From positions 27,942,299-28,006,298 of the forward strand of contig NC_134025.1 in assembly GCF_964204645.1 (NCBI RefSeq): DNA of 64,000 nucleotides. The letters are read 5' to 3'. Position 1 is the first letter of the stretch, and the number at the start of each line of letters is the position of its first letter. The position numbers and the translations under genes were made by a program. The notes beneath the pieces were generated by a model. It made no database searches. It was not told the DNA's origin and was given only the letters and a program-made list of their open reading frames with translations. Below are positions 13,219 through 27,333 of this stretch, in pieces. Origin of the DNA: Tubulanus polymorphus (taxonomy: Eukaryota; Animalia; Nemertea).

Positions 13219-16200
13219 TTGGTTTATTTACATCCATGATAATATTGTTGAAATATAATATATATCATATTATCATGTACACGTACTACTAGGATAGGGT
13301 GTAGTGATTGTACCGTGTGATAGCATGTATATGAAATACGGTTAATCCATTTGTAAGTAAATAATGTTTGATTACATATTCACTTACATCATCATCATCA
13401 TTACTTCATCGTCATTTCATATTTTGTTTCATAAAAAAAATAATGTGATCAATATCATTTTTAGCATTTTATGAATTTAAACACGATAATCATAAATGAA
13501 CATGGCAATTTTTGTTTTGAAAATATGTGTTATGACCCGTCTAATGCCACTAAGGGTTAGAGTTGGTTTCCATACCCTGTGTGGGCACGCATTTGTGCGT
13601 GAATTCTCATATCTAAATGTAAACAATTACATCGATTATACGAACAAAGAGGCAAATTACAAAACATGTTTTTATCACAAAAAAATGTATTTATCAACGT
13701 GTGAATGATATCAGATAATGATTTTTCACCAAGTTACTCCATCAAATCGATAGGTTAACGTTCTCTATGATGTCGATAGCATTTATTCCATCAGATTCGA
13801 ATGGTTCTTGTGATAATACATGTATATTGTGAATCATTTATTATACTTACGTGAAATTTTATTCTGTTATTTTCCACGCATCATATTGGTATAAAGTGCA
13901 CTATTTTGTAAGTAGTTTTGACCAATAACTTGCACCAAAAATATCATTTATACTTATTATAGCATGAAAAAAAAGATTTTTTGTATATTGATATGAAGTC
14001 TATTCATGTTTCATCTGAATTCCTATGGTGTTATATGGATTTGTGTTATGTCTCTTCCTGTATAAATACACATATTTAGAGGCATTTAATAAAGGTCGAA
14101 ATACCGTGTATATTTGATGCACAATATTTCATCGTTTCCATGTATACTACATAAATCGAAATAAAAATGTATTGATGATCGAACATAAATTTTCTTCCAG
14201 TTACTTAGTCGAGAAATAATCGGAACGTAGCTGTTTCTATATGTCCCCAGGACGTTTCCTTTCATTATCATTCGAGTTACGTATTGATGAAGTCTTTTGT
14301 AAGAGGCAATAAAGCGTTCGTGTCACGATGGCCACTGCGTGTAATAGGGTAAAAGGGTCGATCATGTTGCAGCAAAACAAATCTAAGTAACCAACTATAT
14401 ATCATCATCATCAGTTAATGCGTAAAAAGTTTCTATGGTTACGAGTTGAATATTGTTCGGAGTTTACACAGCGCCCAAGGCGGATACAATTACCTCTCAA
14501 GATTTTCTTCTTTCAATATTGATATTCTATATCCAGCTCTGACACTCGATTAACCAGAATCTTTTTCTTCCAATGGTTTAACCCTAAAGATCAAATCCTA
14601 TCTGAATTGGAATTAATCACTGAATTGAGACCGTCCATCAGGAGTTTATAAAACCTCGGCTTGGAAACTGTCATCCGGTGTGAAATCTATGAAACCATAA
14701 AAACAACTTTAAATCTATTATAGATTATTGAAGGAAAATATTGAGGGATCTGAACGTCATAGAAACTAGTGGAAATCGATAACTCCGCAAATCTTCCATT
14801 GTGTAAGTTGTCACAAATCCCAAAAACGCTGACATAGACAAATGATTCACAAAATACACAGACAAATTTTAATGCTACAACATATTACACGTTTATCTCA
14901 ATTATTCATACTTGATGCATTACTAGATACATATAGTCAGACGACACCTGAAAGTATAACAATATGAAGTGAGTGTTGAAATCTTGCACGAAAGCGACCA
15001 AAGTAACCCGAGATAATCCCCAAAAAAATCTTAACCGTGCATTAAACATACCTACAGCTTAGGTCTATCCAGGGAGGTGCCACCTTATTGTTTATCTATT
15101 CACCAGTACATCTCATGCGACATTTTACATCATTAGAATCACAACTCAGAACGCAACTGTAAATTTGTCTGCAATGGGCGTAACATTCGTTTGTCGGGGT
15201 CTGCTGACAACCCTTGGTACAAATAGCGGCTAATTCACTCTCATCAAAACACTGGCTACCAACTAATAATGCAAATGCTAAAAATATAGAAATGCCAAAA
15301 ATGATTACAAATAGTAAAGAAAGAGCAATGTCCTAGTGCCAAACCCAGTTCAAAGTTTTTTCTAACATTTAGAATTTTCTACGAACGTACCGACAAAAAT
15401 AACTAAAAGCTTCATGATGTCGTCTGTTTATCAACTGTGTAGATTTATCGTCACCGGTTTCTATTTATACAAATTTACAAGAACATAGAAACCTAAATGT
15501 AAACATATTTTATGATACGATGTACAGTTATGACAGTAATGATGCTTCATTAGTGTAACAGTTATCACCAGTTATCGCCCGTATGCAAACACATTTATTC
15601 ATACGTATCACGACAATCATAATTTGATGACGTTATTTCGATATACCCACGTGTCCTGTAAACCAATATATCCACGCGTACAGACACGTGATTTTGAAGT
15701 GAATAATTCATTGATGATGATTCAGATGTGAATTTCTATTCTTAATTGTTGAAATGAATTCACTTACGAACCTTACGATTTATTCCTGATTGACGTTGAT
15801 AGCACACCTTCCCTCGGACAGGGATTCAAACTTAAGAGATGGCAGCGTCACGCGATGAAACCAGGTTCTAAATAAATCATACAATCATGGATGATTCGAT
15901 ATGTACAAATTACCGTGATACTTTTTAAAATGTTTGAAATTATCATCAATCTTACTGACTTTTCATACATAGCCATTTGACTGGTGATTTCTAATATCAA
16001 TTAATTAATGGAATTCACAATTGAAATACTATGAAATGAAATGCAAAAAGGTTTGCGACAAAGTGATATGAATTTTTTACATATTGATTGGATTATTTTA
16101 CATCATTCATTTCATACATGATTGTAAATTATAAAATTTGATTTCGTCACAAAATTCTTGAAAATTGTCTATGAGAAAAATTAGAGGTATTACTTATATT

Positions 16201-16786
16201 CGCTTTATAAACAATGGGAAAACAAGTTGAACGAATGTAAGACACTTGTAACTGACTGGGATAAAGAAAATTCACTGCAACAATAGGTAGGGCCTATTGT
16301 CTGAAATTCACGAATTGATAAGAATTGAGTGATAACATAACCAAATGAAAAGGCTAACAGACTTTGATGGAAGTTCGTCGTAATGTGGTGTAAATTCATA
16401 AAATGATAATCTGGTGCCACTAAATCTAAGTACGTACAATATGTATTGGAATATTCTTTTAACTTTAATCAATATGCCGCCGGAAGATATGTATTCACAT
16501 AATGAGGCTTATTTTCGCTTTACTTGGAATTTACCTCCAGACCCATAGTAATTAGAACTGGGATATGGGAAACTCGTGTTAACACAGGGTAAATGATATG
16601 AACCGTGGTAGGAAAATTGTCTACATTTCTCCCACGGTTTGTTTATACTACATTGGCTGCTCAGGTAATAGATCAGCTTTTATTAATCAATGTTATTTTG
16701 CTTCATAATAAAGCCGTGCGCGTACACATATTTTCAGTGTTTTAGTTACGGCGTTAGTAGCAGACCGTTTCAACTCGAAAAACAAA

Positions 16787-18424
16787 ATGCTTCAGAGGTA
16801 AGTAACTTATAATGTATATTCATTCACAATTAGCACATAAAGTTCATTCACGTATAAAGTTTGGCGTGTTTTTAAATGTGTCTAAAACCGAATGACAGAA
16901 TAATCACATCTTTTCATTTTTGTTCAAGAAAATAAATTATATTTTAGGGAAATGACGATCAATTCGTCTGGTGCAGGGACATCTCTTCCTGACCATGGAG
17001 AAGAGGGTCATAAGTGTACTGGACAGTGTAACAAAGTAGCACAAACAGCAATGCTTAAACACGAAGTTCTTATGATGAGAAGAAAATATGAGCAATTAAG
17101 ACTTCACCAAGCCGTTTCTAGAGCCGTCGTAAGAGACGTTCTGGAGAACTATGGCTCGAAGAAATACAATATACGAAAACGGCTGAACAAATCAGAATTC
17201 AGTCGTATAAACAATGATCCAGAATTACTGAAGAGGAGTATGATCTCAGAGGATGCAAAAAGCTTTCTCGGAGAACCTGGAAACAAAAACAATTCAGCGA
17301 CCAAAGATATTGGCACTGATAAAAAGGTACAAGTAGGGAAATACGGACCAAGAATATTCGATAAAACTGAAGCACTGCATCGTTCGTTCACTTTTGATTC
17401 ATTGCCGTATCCCATGAGCTCGGAAGTAAAGCGAAAACCGACGACAAAAGCCTCGAAAGTAACTCTAGATTTCGGAGATGTGAAGATAAAGAATTTCTGG
17501 ATTGGAGATCCCGAAGGGATTGATTCAATTCGACGCAATTGTCGCAATAATGACGAAAGAACGCTTCAAAAACTATTGACGTTTCACTTGAAGAAACTCT
17601 CTAGACAAAACAACGAAGAGGTTGTTGATGATGATCAATTCTATGAGGTACCGACAACTGATAACATAGTTGCTGACCAAGCCATCGTCTCACAAAGTCC
17701 GGTGCTCACAAGTTACCCGAAAAGGCAGAAGACATCGAGACCAGTACTTCTCCCACAGAAAACAAAAAGCGGGTTTATGCAGCCCTATCCCGTGATGCCT
17801 GGATATTCCACTAATAAGTTTGTCCCGGTCCGCACTCAGTTTTCATCGACATCTTGGAATGATAAACCAGCACCAACTGTTCCAGAAAAATCACCGTTTG
17901 ACGATGCGGCAGTCGCTGTTGCCACCAAGAAGAGCAATAAACAAATAAAGACATATTCTACACCAAAACACAACGTCACAACAGCCATTCCAAAAATGAC
18001 GAAATTTGTTGGAAATGAACGGAAATATGAACATTTTCAGTTGAAAGTAAATTGGAAGAAGTCTCATTCGCTTGTAACAGAACGGCCATGCCTGTGTCCT
18101 GAGCCCGGTACGATCATGGAACATGCGCCAACGGATGCCTCTCGAATCAGTAGCGGATGCTCAAATATAATGTGTGCTAGACGACACATGATATATCAAC
18201 GTCGACCATCAACGACAATCAGGGCTGGTGGATTCGACCATTTCCGTGATTCACGAAGAGCGTCGATCGCCACCGCCTTTTCTCGAAGAGCGTCAATGGC
18301 TTCTAGTGTAGTGTCCGCACAAACACCCGTTTACCGCTCGGCTCAAGAACATCCGATGAATTCAATTCCCCCGAGAGGGAAAAGTGCTCCGGCTGACATA
18401 AAGCATGTTCAATTTACAGGCTGA
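16787..18424 (+). CDS. Uncharacterised ~494-aa basic, largely disordered protein (11-nt first coding exon 16787-16797 plus exon 16948-18424)
   Basis: ATGCTTCAGAG|GTAAGT splices to TTTTAG|GGAAATG in frame with a 490-codon ORF. No family recognised. Confidence 0.75.
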
Positions 18425-18762
18425 GACACAACCGTATATTAGAATAAGTTTTATTTAATCCCTCGCATAACAGCCGATATATGACACTTTGGAAAAACAT
18501 ACAATGGATAGAAAAAGATATATTCTTAGAAATGAATGCATATACAGCAATAAACTCGTTTGTACCAGTACTTCTTTTTTCGACTTTTGATCGATGTTAA
18601 CTCCGTCCGGGTTCCGCGTTTTCAAACTTTTAGTCCATTTTCGCCTTTTAGCGTTACCACATGTGTGTAAAAAATACCCCGGAAGTTGTATTCTGCTATG
18701 GCACATTTACAAACAGTATCGACCAGCTTAAAATCCACTGTCATCTAGCCCCCAAAAGCATT

Positions 18763-21700
18763 ATGAAAGCCCAGGTTCTTTTTACTCTGATCTTAATGCA
18801 AATATTTGATGATTTCGTGCAAAGTAATTCCGACTGTTTTTGGAGGTGATATGTCTGACCTTTTCACAATTAGTTTTTTTTTCGATTCGCTATACGTGAT
18901 TAAACAGATTACAGAATAACAATAAGTTTCTCTTCAAATAAAAATCAATTTTGTCCTTTAAATAGATTTTACAATCGATTCATTTAGGTACAGTAATCGA
19001 GTAAGTGAATCGGAATCATTTTCAACTCGACATCAAGTGAGTGCGTGCGTCAATTAATTATATGCATTCATTCATGGTTGGTGTGGTTAACGCTTTTTCG
19101 TTTTCTCAATATTCGTTAAAAGAAAATCTCGATTACATAGACCGATTTTTTTGTAGATAAAACTGGAATATTTAGGATCGCAGTCTGTAATATATTGGAA
19201 TGTTCCAAATTATTGTCAAGTTCCCAACTCCAGGTATTCATTTACCAAAATTTTCAATTGTCTTAGAATGTTTGTGTTAGCTACGAACGATATATAATTA
19301 ATAGTAGACGTTTTTAATTTTACGCAAATTTCTGTGAAATTCGTTAGTATTGTGGAGACGTACATGCACTGTGAAATATCAGGACAACATCCAATATCAT
19401 TATCATTTGTAAGTAAAGAAAGTAGGCGTCTATACTTAAAAAAATATCCCGATTAACTTCTGCTGACGTAAGGAAAATCTAAATCACATTTTCTAGAATG
19501 ATCCGAATGCAGCCGAATCGTGTTTGCGTTATATCAGTGTGGAAAAGAGTCCAGCTTGTTTCCGCTGGCATGCTGCAGAACTGGGGCTCAGGTTCGAAAT
19601 TTCATTTTCGATTTGAATTCATTTCAACTGTTACCACATCTAAATTTACATATGTGGTCCTACTACATTGACTTGATTATCAAAATTGTTTATATTTTCA
19701 GCGCTGGTATGGTAAAAAAGAGGGATAGTCTACAGGTATTCGAAAATGAGTACATGCACATGGAAAGTGATTATTAATGCCCGTGCATTAAAGATATCCT
19801 AAATAAAAGATTACTTTATTTCCCCACAGGGCAGTAGATTAGGTGTATGGATCATTGATGAAGTGCACGCCTCTGAATCTGAAAGGGATGGTTCAGCAAC
19901 AACGCCATCTCTCGTAAATATTCTTATATCCAGTCAGATGTTCTGAAAATGATTTTCTCTCAGCTCTCAGCGCAATCAAACACTTAATTTTTGGGAATAT
20001 AACATATGAATGAGACCAAAAATACATAAATGTATTTTTGCTGAGACTATTGCCTGATATCAAAGGGTTAATTCTCCTTTAGGACAGGCACCGAAATTCA
20101 TGTGTGTCGTCATAGCTAACTTCACTTACAAAACAATACAGTTCAATTTATCTGCAAATGATCAGATACCAATAGCGTTATCAATATAGTTTAGAAAATA
20201 GTCTTAAGAATACATTGATTCAATTTATCATCCTAGGTATCGAAATTGTTAACTAACAAGTTTCATCAGTTTGGCCAGATTCCACACGTACGCGCACAAG
20301 CTCAGCACTTGCACTACAGTCACGATGTTTGGGCGGAATATAAAGGTTTCGATGAAGATAATGGATGGTGGTTATTTCATGTACACGTGAACGAAGTTTA
20401 TCAATGGGAAGCTATGATTCATGGTCAGAATATGGCGGTTGATGACTGTTTTGTAGGGTGAAAAAACTAAAACTCTCTTATCGAAGTTAAATTGCGGTAC
20501 TTAAGATTCAAAGATTCTCGAACTTATACCGAATGATATTTGATTTACAGAGATGTTACAATTCTATTACCCGGAATGAAGTTCTACAATAAAATGTTCA
20601 ACTGGACGTCGATTCCGGAAAAAGTAAATTATTCAGTATTTTGACTCATCTCTGAAACTACATGATTTAAAGTGTCTTCTATTCTAATATTTTCTCAGGT
20701 TCTGCTCGTCGGTTCTTCGACGAATCCTCAGATTGTGAGAGTAAGTTTCCGCATAGAACAGCTTATCTTACAGTCGTGTTTAAAAATCGTGTTTGAAATC
20801 TTTTTGATTCTTTTTGATTTATTTGTATCTATTGATAGGATCCATGTGCTGCTAATGTCGCTGCTATCGTAGTCAAGTACGATCACCACTAAGTTACGAA
20901 TCGCAAAAGAAATTCATTCGGGCATTGAGTCAATTAACACGGAAATGAATAACGACAAAGGGCTTTAATGATTCTACTCTACAAATGATAATGAAATAAA
21001 TGAAATTTCTAAATTTTCAACCGATGTAAAATGCTAATATTTGAAAATATCCGATTTTACAGCACCAATATTCTTCTGACCCAGGACAACTTCATTACGG
21101 TTGATCCACTGTATGTTTTCTCGTATATAAATTCCCTGGTAAGCGATTATTTATGAAAATCAGAATTTACCAAAGTCTATATGATTACGGTAGTTTTCAG
21201 CGGCGTATGTTTATTTAGGGAAATGTGAGTATTGCAGTGGACCAGGTAGTTTTCACATCTCAGTATCTAGTCATTCTGGTTGGTAATAGCGTATATCTGG
21301 TTGATGCACATAACTTGATTCTTCTTCAACCCGCAGGTACGCGTTTTCAAAGCCAGGGAAAACTTTTAAAAATGTACTTTCACAAAAATATGTCACTTAT
21401 TCTTATTTCATATGAAGGTCTTCCTTCGGGCGTTGTAACACATATTACTGGGCGCAATTGGTGCGACATGGGCGTTGATAGTTTTGTAAGTTTATTCTTA
21501 AAATATTTTCCTTTGGGGTGTTGTATCTACCTCGCTCTAAAACCCCCCAAAAAACTCGAAAATCTGAGAATTTGTTGGGTTTTACATAAGCAGCATAAAC
21601 TGGAATGTGTTTAGGATGACAACATGATGGTAGCTGCTTGGAACTCGCAAAGATTATTTGTTTATGGATTTGATGGTTCAGTGGAGTTCACAGAAGTAGC

Positions 21701-24700
21701 ATTGCCGACCGATTCGATCCAAGCCGCTTTCAGTTCAAACGTCACCCAGGTTCGTCCAATTGTCCGTGCAACTATTGAAAAATACATATCAATATTTTTT
21801 GGAATCAATTAAGCTAACATAACTCGCATCCTTTCTCAGATTCTAATAACTTCGGTTGCGTTTGGTACCTTTCCGAGTACGATGGGAGTTTCACTGGCCA
21901 TTACGATTAGTTCTCAAGAAAAGGTATCGTTTAGATCCATTACGTTCTAGACCAGTGATATACCATTTAATTCTTATATTAAGATTATTTCCCCGAAATT
22001 TTGTTTTAGAACATATTTGCCACATTTAACTGGAGAAAAGGAACGTGGAGTATTTCGCAATTTGTCCTAAATATGAACAGTACACCAGGTGATGGGCTTT
22101 TGTTCCTATAATAACATATTTTCCATTGTCCTAACTCAAAAAGGATTCAATCTAATTTAATTTCATATCTATTTCAGCTCCGAGTCGCCCTATGAAACTT
22201 ATGTATCTGAATTCAGGCATAGCTTCGTTTATTTTTTGGAACCAAAATTCATTGTTTTACAGTTATAACGAAGGTTAATATTGTAGCATGAATTTCGTAT
22301 CATAGAAATAAAGATAATCCACGGCATATGAAATCAACTCATTTATCATTTTCATCTCGTAGATGGTGAAGTAGGTGTGATGAATCTCTATCAATGTAAT
22401 AGTACTGTTTTTGGGACTACTGCCATCAAACAGGCTGTTGTCAGTATGTATTTTAACCAATTCATCTTATATACATATATTTTTCTTTTCGCTAAAAGTA
22501 AAAATTCTCATTTTCATATAGGTCAAGATGGGATTATTATCGTACTAACCGAGAATAATTCTATTTTCTACGGTCGTGTGAAATTAAAGCAGTTGCTAAA
22601 GGTAAATCAATATAGATAATCTGAAATTCTGTTTGATTGGAGAAAAGTGTTTACATATTTTAATCACTTTATATAGTTGGAATATGGCATTTTACCGTCT
22701 GACCAGATAATGTTATTCTTCGATATTCTCAATCGTCTTTATATAACAAAAACCGACGGGACATCTGTGGAGAAAACGCTCTATCCACTAGCTAATGAGG
22801 TGCGCAGTGCGCTTTATCCTGAAACTGGATGTCCTGTAAGTCTAAACTATCATCCATCCAATTGTATTCGCTTTTGATGATAAACATCATTCGATTCAAT
22901 GAAAGCCATTTCTTTCAGTTTAGCTATTTTGTTCACAACGTGGAAAAAGATATGTATTTCATGGACATGAATGAACGGATTACTTTATGGGCGGTAGTTG
23001 TTTATCCGATTACTGGTACAAATCAAATAGATGTAAGTCGTACAGTGGAACCTAATACGTATCTTGTGGGCAAAAGTGAAATTGTCGTATTAAACGGGTT
23101 TCGTATCAAATCTTGATTGGTATCTAAATATCTTAGCTGTGACATGCTGGAAATCATCGTAATTAACGGAATAGTATTGACGACGTTCAACTAAAGGTCG
23201 ATATATCATAATTCGAGTGATAACGATATATCATATTTCCAGTTGTATATTACCGGGAACGAGAAAATAAGATACAAACACAGCATGAAAAAAGAACACG
23301 AAGCTCGAATGATGTCCGAAAATAAGGTAAATCTCGGCATTGTACATCATAGTTTTAGGTCATGTAAAAAAAACGATAGAAATTTAATGAGTTATGTTTC
23401 AGACGTTGACATTCTACCAGGATTTCGATTTCTTGGGAAAAGAAAACTACGAGGATTTGAAGTAAGAATTGAATATGAAAAATAACGATAATTGAATATT
23501 TCTAACCTTCTGATCTCCAGTATTCAATGATAATGAACATTTTCTAATGACAGGTTGAACAAATCTGGTTTAGTTGTAGTTGAACTGAAGCCGAATAAAA
23601 TTCACTTATCTTGCCCAGCTCTAACTAATACTGTAAGAATACTAAAAACACTAAAACCAATTTAATCGTCTTTGAACCTCACTTTTCAACAAGGATGGGT
23701 GTCTTATCTGGTTGATTTTTTGTTCCTCTCCTACCTACAGGTAAATTACATATCTGTGGGTTGCCCTCCAGGCCGGCAGATAAGAGTGAAAAAGTAAGTA
23801 ATTTTCTTATCAAATAATCACAATAATTCAACAACGTAAATTGAATGGATGTTTTGTTTAATTGTAGAGCACCGCGATCCTGTTCATTTTTTGATAACTT
23901 CACTCTCCCTCTGTAAGTGCATGGAATTAATTCAAATCAAGAAGTAATTACATTACGATTTTAGTGTCTTTGAATTTTTGTTTTTATTTCAGCAAGTACG
24001 TGGCTGGATACGATAGTAGTAGCACCCTCACTCAAGTTAGTTTCATTCCGTAGATCGCAGCTTTTATAAAACAAAAGGGTAATTGATGAATGTTCACAGA
24101 ATACTGTCATCTCGATCCTTTATTTCAGTCTGCATTTTACGACTGGGATAATCTCGGCTGTCCAATTCTGAGGGAAAATAATCTTCAAAACTTTCAACCA
24201 GAGCTAGAAATGTAACTATTTCAACGATAATCAGTGATTAGGACAGTTGTAATTGGATTAATACTGAAATAATTCTTTGCTTGGAGAATAGGTATGACAA
24301 TGATGTACTTATCAAAAACGTAGATGCAAATTTTGTGATCTGGGAGGAAAATCGACGTACTGACTTTTCATACACCGGAACGATGGAAGGGGTAAGAAAT
24401 GCCATCGCTGTTTATTGTTTGGCTTCAGAAAATAACTTTCTATATCAGTAATATCGATCTTTTCAGGCGGGATGTCGGCAACCTGCACAAACTTGGAATT
24501 CTATGATGACGGCTTTACCAGGAGAAAATGATCCTCTGAGGATTTGGGGTCCGCATGTAAGAAAAGCGTATCCTAGACAACTTTGCAAATTATCATTTCA
24601 ATTACATCGTCCTAATAGTTTATTTGCCGTGTGTAATTTTATAGAATTATGTCGATTGTTTCGCCGATACAACTGAAAGATACACTGATTTAAGTGGACA

Positions 24701-25058
24701 AATTTACGAGATATTCAACGGCACTGGTCCAACGAAAATCATCTTTTCAAATGACCACAATGGAATTTACATCTTCGAAGCATGGATCATTGATCCTAAC
24801 TATAGGTCAGTTTAATATTCTTTCCACCAAAGAGGTCCAGATCTTTTTTTTTCATGATTTAGATTTGTAATTTGTTTCAGTTTTTGTTTGTTATCGACGA
24901 GATTTGCTGTAGAATCATCAGGAGCAGTACCCGAGCGAGATATGATGCCGTTATTGATATCAGTTAGTGCGATAATGTCTGCTATCATTCTAGTAGTTTG
25001 TTGGACATACACAATTTACCGCAAACAATACAACAAGGAACTTGGTTTAAATGAATGA
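18763..25058 (+). CDS. CATSPERE: Cation channel sperm-associated auxiliary subunit epsilon (CatSper-epsilon / C1orf101-like), more than 30 small exons
   Basis: The spliced product matches mammalian CATSPERE at both ends. N-terminal: signal peptide then FWRYS..FSTRHQIKLEYLG..WNVPNYC, LRYISVEKSPACFRW. Middle: LTENNSIFYG, YPLANE..CP, YFMDMNE.ITLWAVVVYP. C-terminal: VDANFVIWEENRRTDFSY..MEGAGCRQPAQTWNSM..IWGPHNYVDCF..YEIFN..GIYIFEAWIIDPNYSFCLLSTRFAVE, then one TM. Confidence 0.9.
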
Positions 25059-25426
25059 TTAAATGAAAAATAGACTACATTATAAGTTGTATTACTTAGT
25101 TCCAAATTAGTGCCATAATTTCTAGTGTTTTATTGAAATTAAACAATTATGAGTTCGCAATTTTCTAGTTTTTAAATACAAATCGTTTTTCATCTAAAAA
25201 GTTGTTTGGGTTTTTCCTTGTTTTTTTCTGTTGAGAAGTGAAAATCAATAAATCCATTCTCAATGATTGAATAAAGCCGACATTGAACAAAACATAATAT
25301 ATATTTACAATTACTCAAAATACTGCTTAAAGCTAGCTCAAAATGAAAATGACAACATTCACAATTGTGTTATTTCATGCTCTGACCAGGAGATGTCTCT
25401 GCGCCTGCTTTGACTGAAGTCCAGTA

Positions 25427-26177
25427 TCAAAACATTCCTTTGTAGGTTTCTTTCAGTTTATTGTCCTGTTTGCTTATTTCTACACTACATAAGCCCATAT
25501 ACTTTCTGATATTGGGATCTGAAAAATAATAAAATAAGTTAACTAGAATTCTTGAATGAACGCTGTGTAATGTTCAATCAAGCCTTCTAGAGCATGATTA
25601 CCTTTTTGTCCATCAGCACGATTTGAAGCTTTTTTAAGAGCCTCCATTGCCCGATCTACATCATTTAAGTGATACAGCGCTATTCCTTTCCTATAAAGTG
25701 CCTTCGTGGTTTCACCAAGTTTCAATGAATCATTGCAGTGTTGAACTATTTTCTCATAATTGGGTGACTCTTGGCCGAGCATACAAGCTGGAACGAATTG
25801 AAAATGACTTTCCATCAATTATAGATGTCATAAAAAACAATTAATTGAAGTTGTAATATTTCCTACTTTTGATCGAAGTTCTTACCAGCTAAATTATTAA
25901 AGCAATCAATCCCTAATTGTGTGGCCTCTTGTTTAGATTCTTGTGATAACGATGCTTCTGGCGGTGCCTGTTCCACTAATCCCGTCAGATCAGTGTGGGA
26001 AGTCGTTGCAATGCCAATTGCTTTTAAGTACAGGATAGATTGGTGATATTTTCGAATTGCACCTTTCAGATTCTTCAATTTAAAGCATTCATTCCCCTCA
26101 CTTTTGAACGCTCTCGCAGCTTCCAACTTCTTCAGGTCATTCTTTTTCTTATCCTCGGGCGACTGCTTACCAAACAT
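25427..26177 (-). CDS. TTC9C: Tetratricopeptide repeat protein 9C-like (3 exons)
   Basis: ARAFKSEGNECFK..AIRKYHQSILYLK..DCFNNLAACML..PNYEKI..KALYRKGIALYHL..DPNIRKY..YKGMF* follows the TTC9 family pattern. Confidence 0.85.
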
Positions 26178-26444
26178 GATTATTGACTAAATACTTATCA
26201 AGCCACGAAGTGAATCAGTAAATCTAAAGAAGTGTAAGAAGTGTCAATAAAATTGAATTTATTTCCGGTATCCACATTCCTGACGGCCTTCGGAGTACTA
26301 CACTAATCGCCGGTCCTGGCCTTATCCGGTAATTACAAAACGTCGCGCCGAACGGAAGTGTGGAGCCGGGAATCGAATTATCGGCGTCTCTATTTGTTTC
26401 AGAATTTGTGTAATTTTCATCTCGAATAATCGTCAAACATCAAT
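26178..26444. promoter_or_regulatory. Bidirectional promoter between TTC9C and SNRPD2
   Basis: Only 267 bp separate the divergent start codons. The interval is CpG-enriched with ETS-like sites (TTTCCGGT ~26262, CGGAAGTG ~26353). Confidence 0.6.
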
Positions 26445-27333
26445 ATGGCGTAAGTTTATATTGTTCTAGAACACTTTTTGAAATTATGCTTAATTGATTT
26501 TAATCTCATTTGACTTAAAAGTTTGGGGATAATGCTGTCATTTGCGCGTCAATAGTCTTCGAAATTTGCATCCTTAATTCGGGAGGATTAGAAAAATTGT
26601 AGCAGTTATGAGATATTTAGAAGGTTGTAGAGGTCGTTTCAGGGAATTGAGTATTGATTGCCTGGACCATGTTTGTGTTGTTGATATAAAATCTGAGGTC
26701 TTAGGTCCCTTCATCAGTGCATTTGTTGTTGTTGGTCAACAAACGAAGAAGTGGCTGCACCTGTCCTTTTTTCCTCGGGTTTTACGAGTTTAGTTAGAGA
26801 AATAGATTCATTGAAAGATGATGTAGAATTATTGTGGCTTATATTTTGAAAGAAATAATGTGATTTTCAATTTATATTTTGACGTTTCTTTCAGATTAAT
26901 GCAGAAGCCTAAATCAGAAATGAGCCCGGAGGAACTAGCGGCTCAGGAACAGGAAGAGTTTAACACCGGTCCGCTTTCAGTGCTCACGCAATCGGTAAAA
27001 AATAACACACAAGTTCTGATAAACTGCAGAAACAATAAGAAATTGTTAGGTCGGGTCAAAGCGTTTGACAGGTAAGTGAATGATGCACTTCACAGTATAG
27101 TATTGGTATACATTCTTTACAGTCTATTGTTTCTGAAATGTTATATTATTATATGCAGGCATTGCAATATGGTGTTGGAAAATGTCAAAGAAATGTGGAC
27201 AGAATACCCGAGGACCGGTAAAGGAAAGAAAAAATCGAAACCGGTCAACAAAGATCGCTTCATCTCGAAGATGTTTCTCAGGGGAGACAGCGTCATTCTC
27301 GTTCTACGAAATCCACTTGCGTTATGTAAATAA
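26445..27333 (+). CDS. SNRPD2: Small nuclear ribonucleoprotein Sm D2 (3 exons)
   Basis: [87 protein letters not shown]. Confidence 0.98.

Noticed and set aside
15795-15850. B-box-like GTTTGAATCCC on the minus strand (tRNA or SINE?)
   Set aside because: No A-box, cloverleaf or second copy visible.
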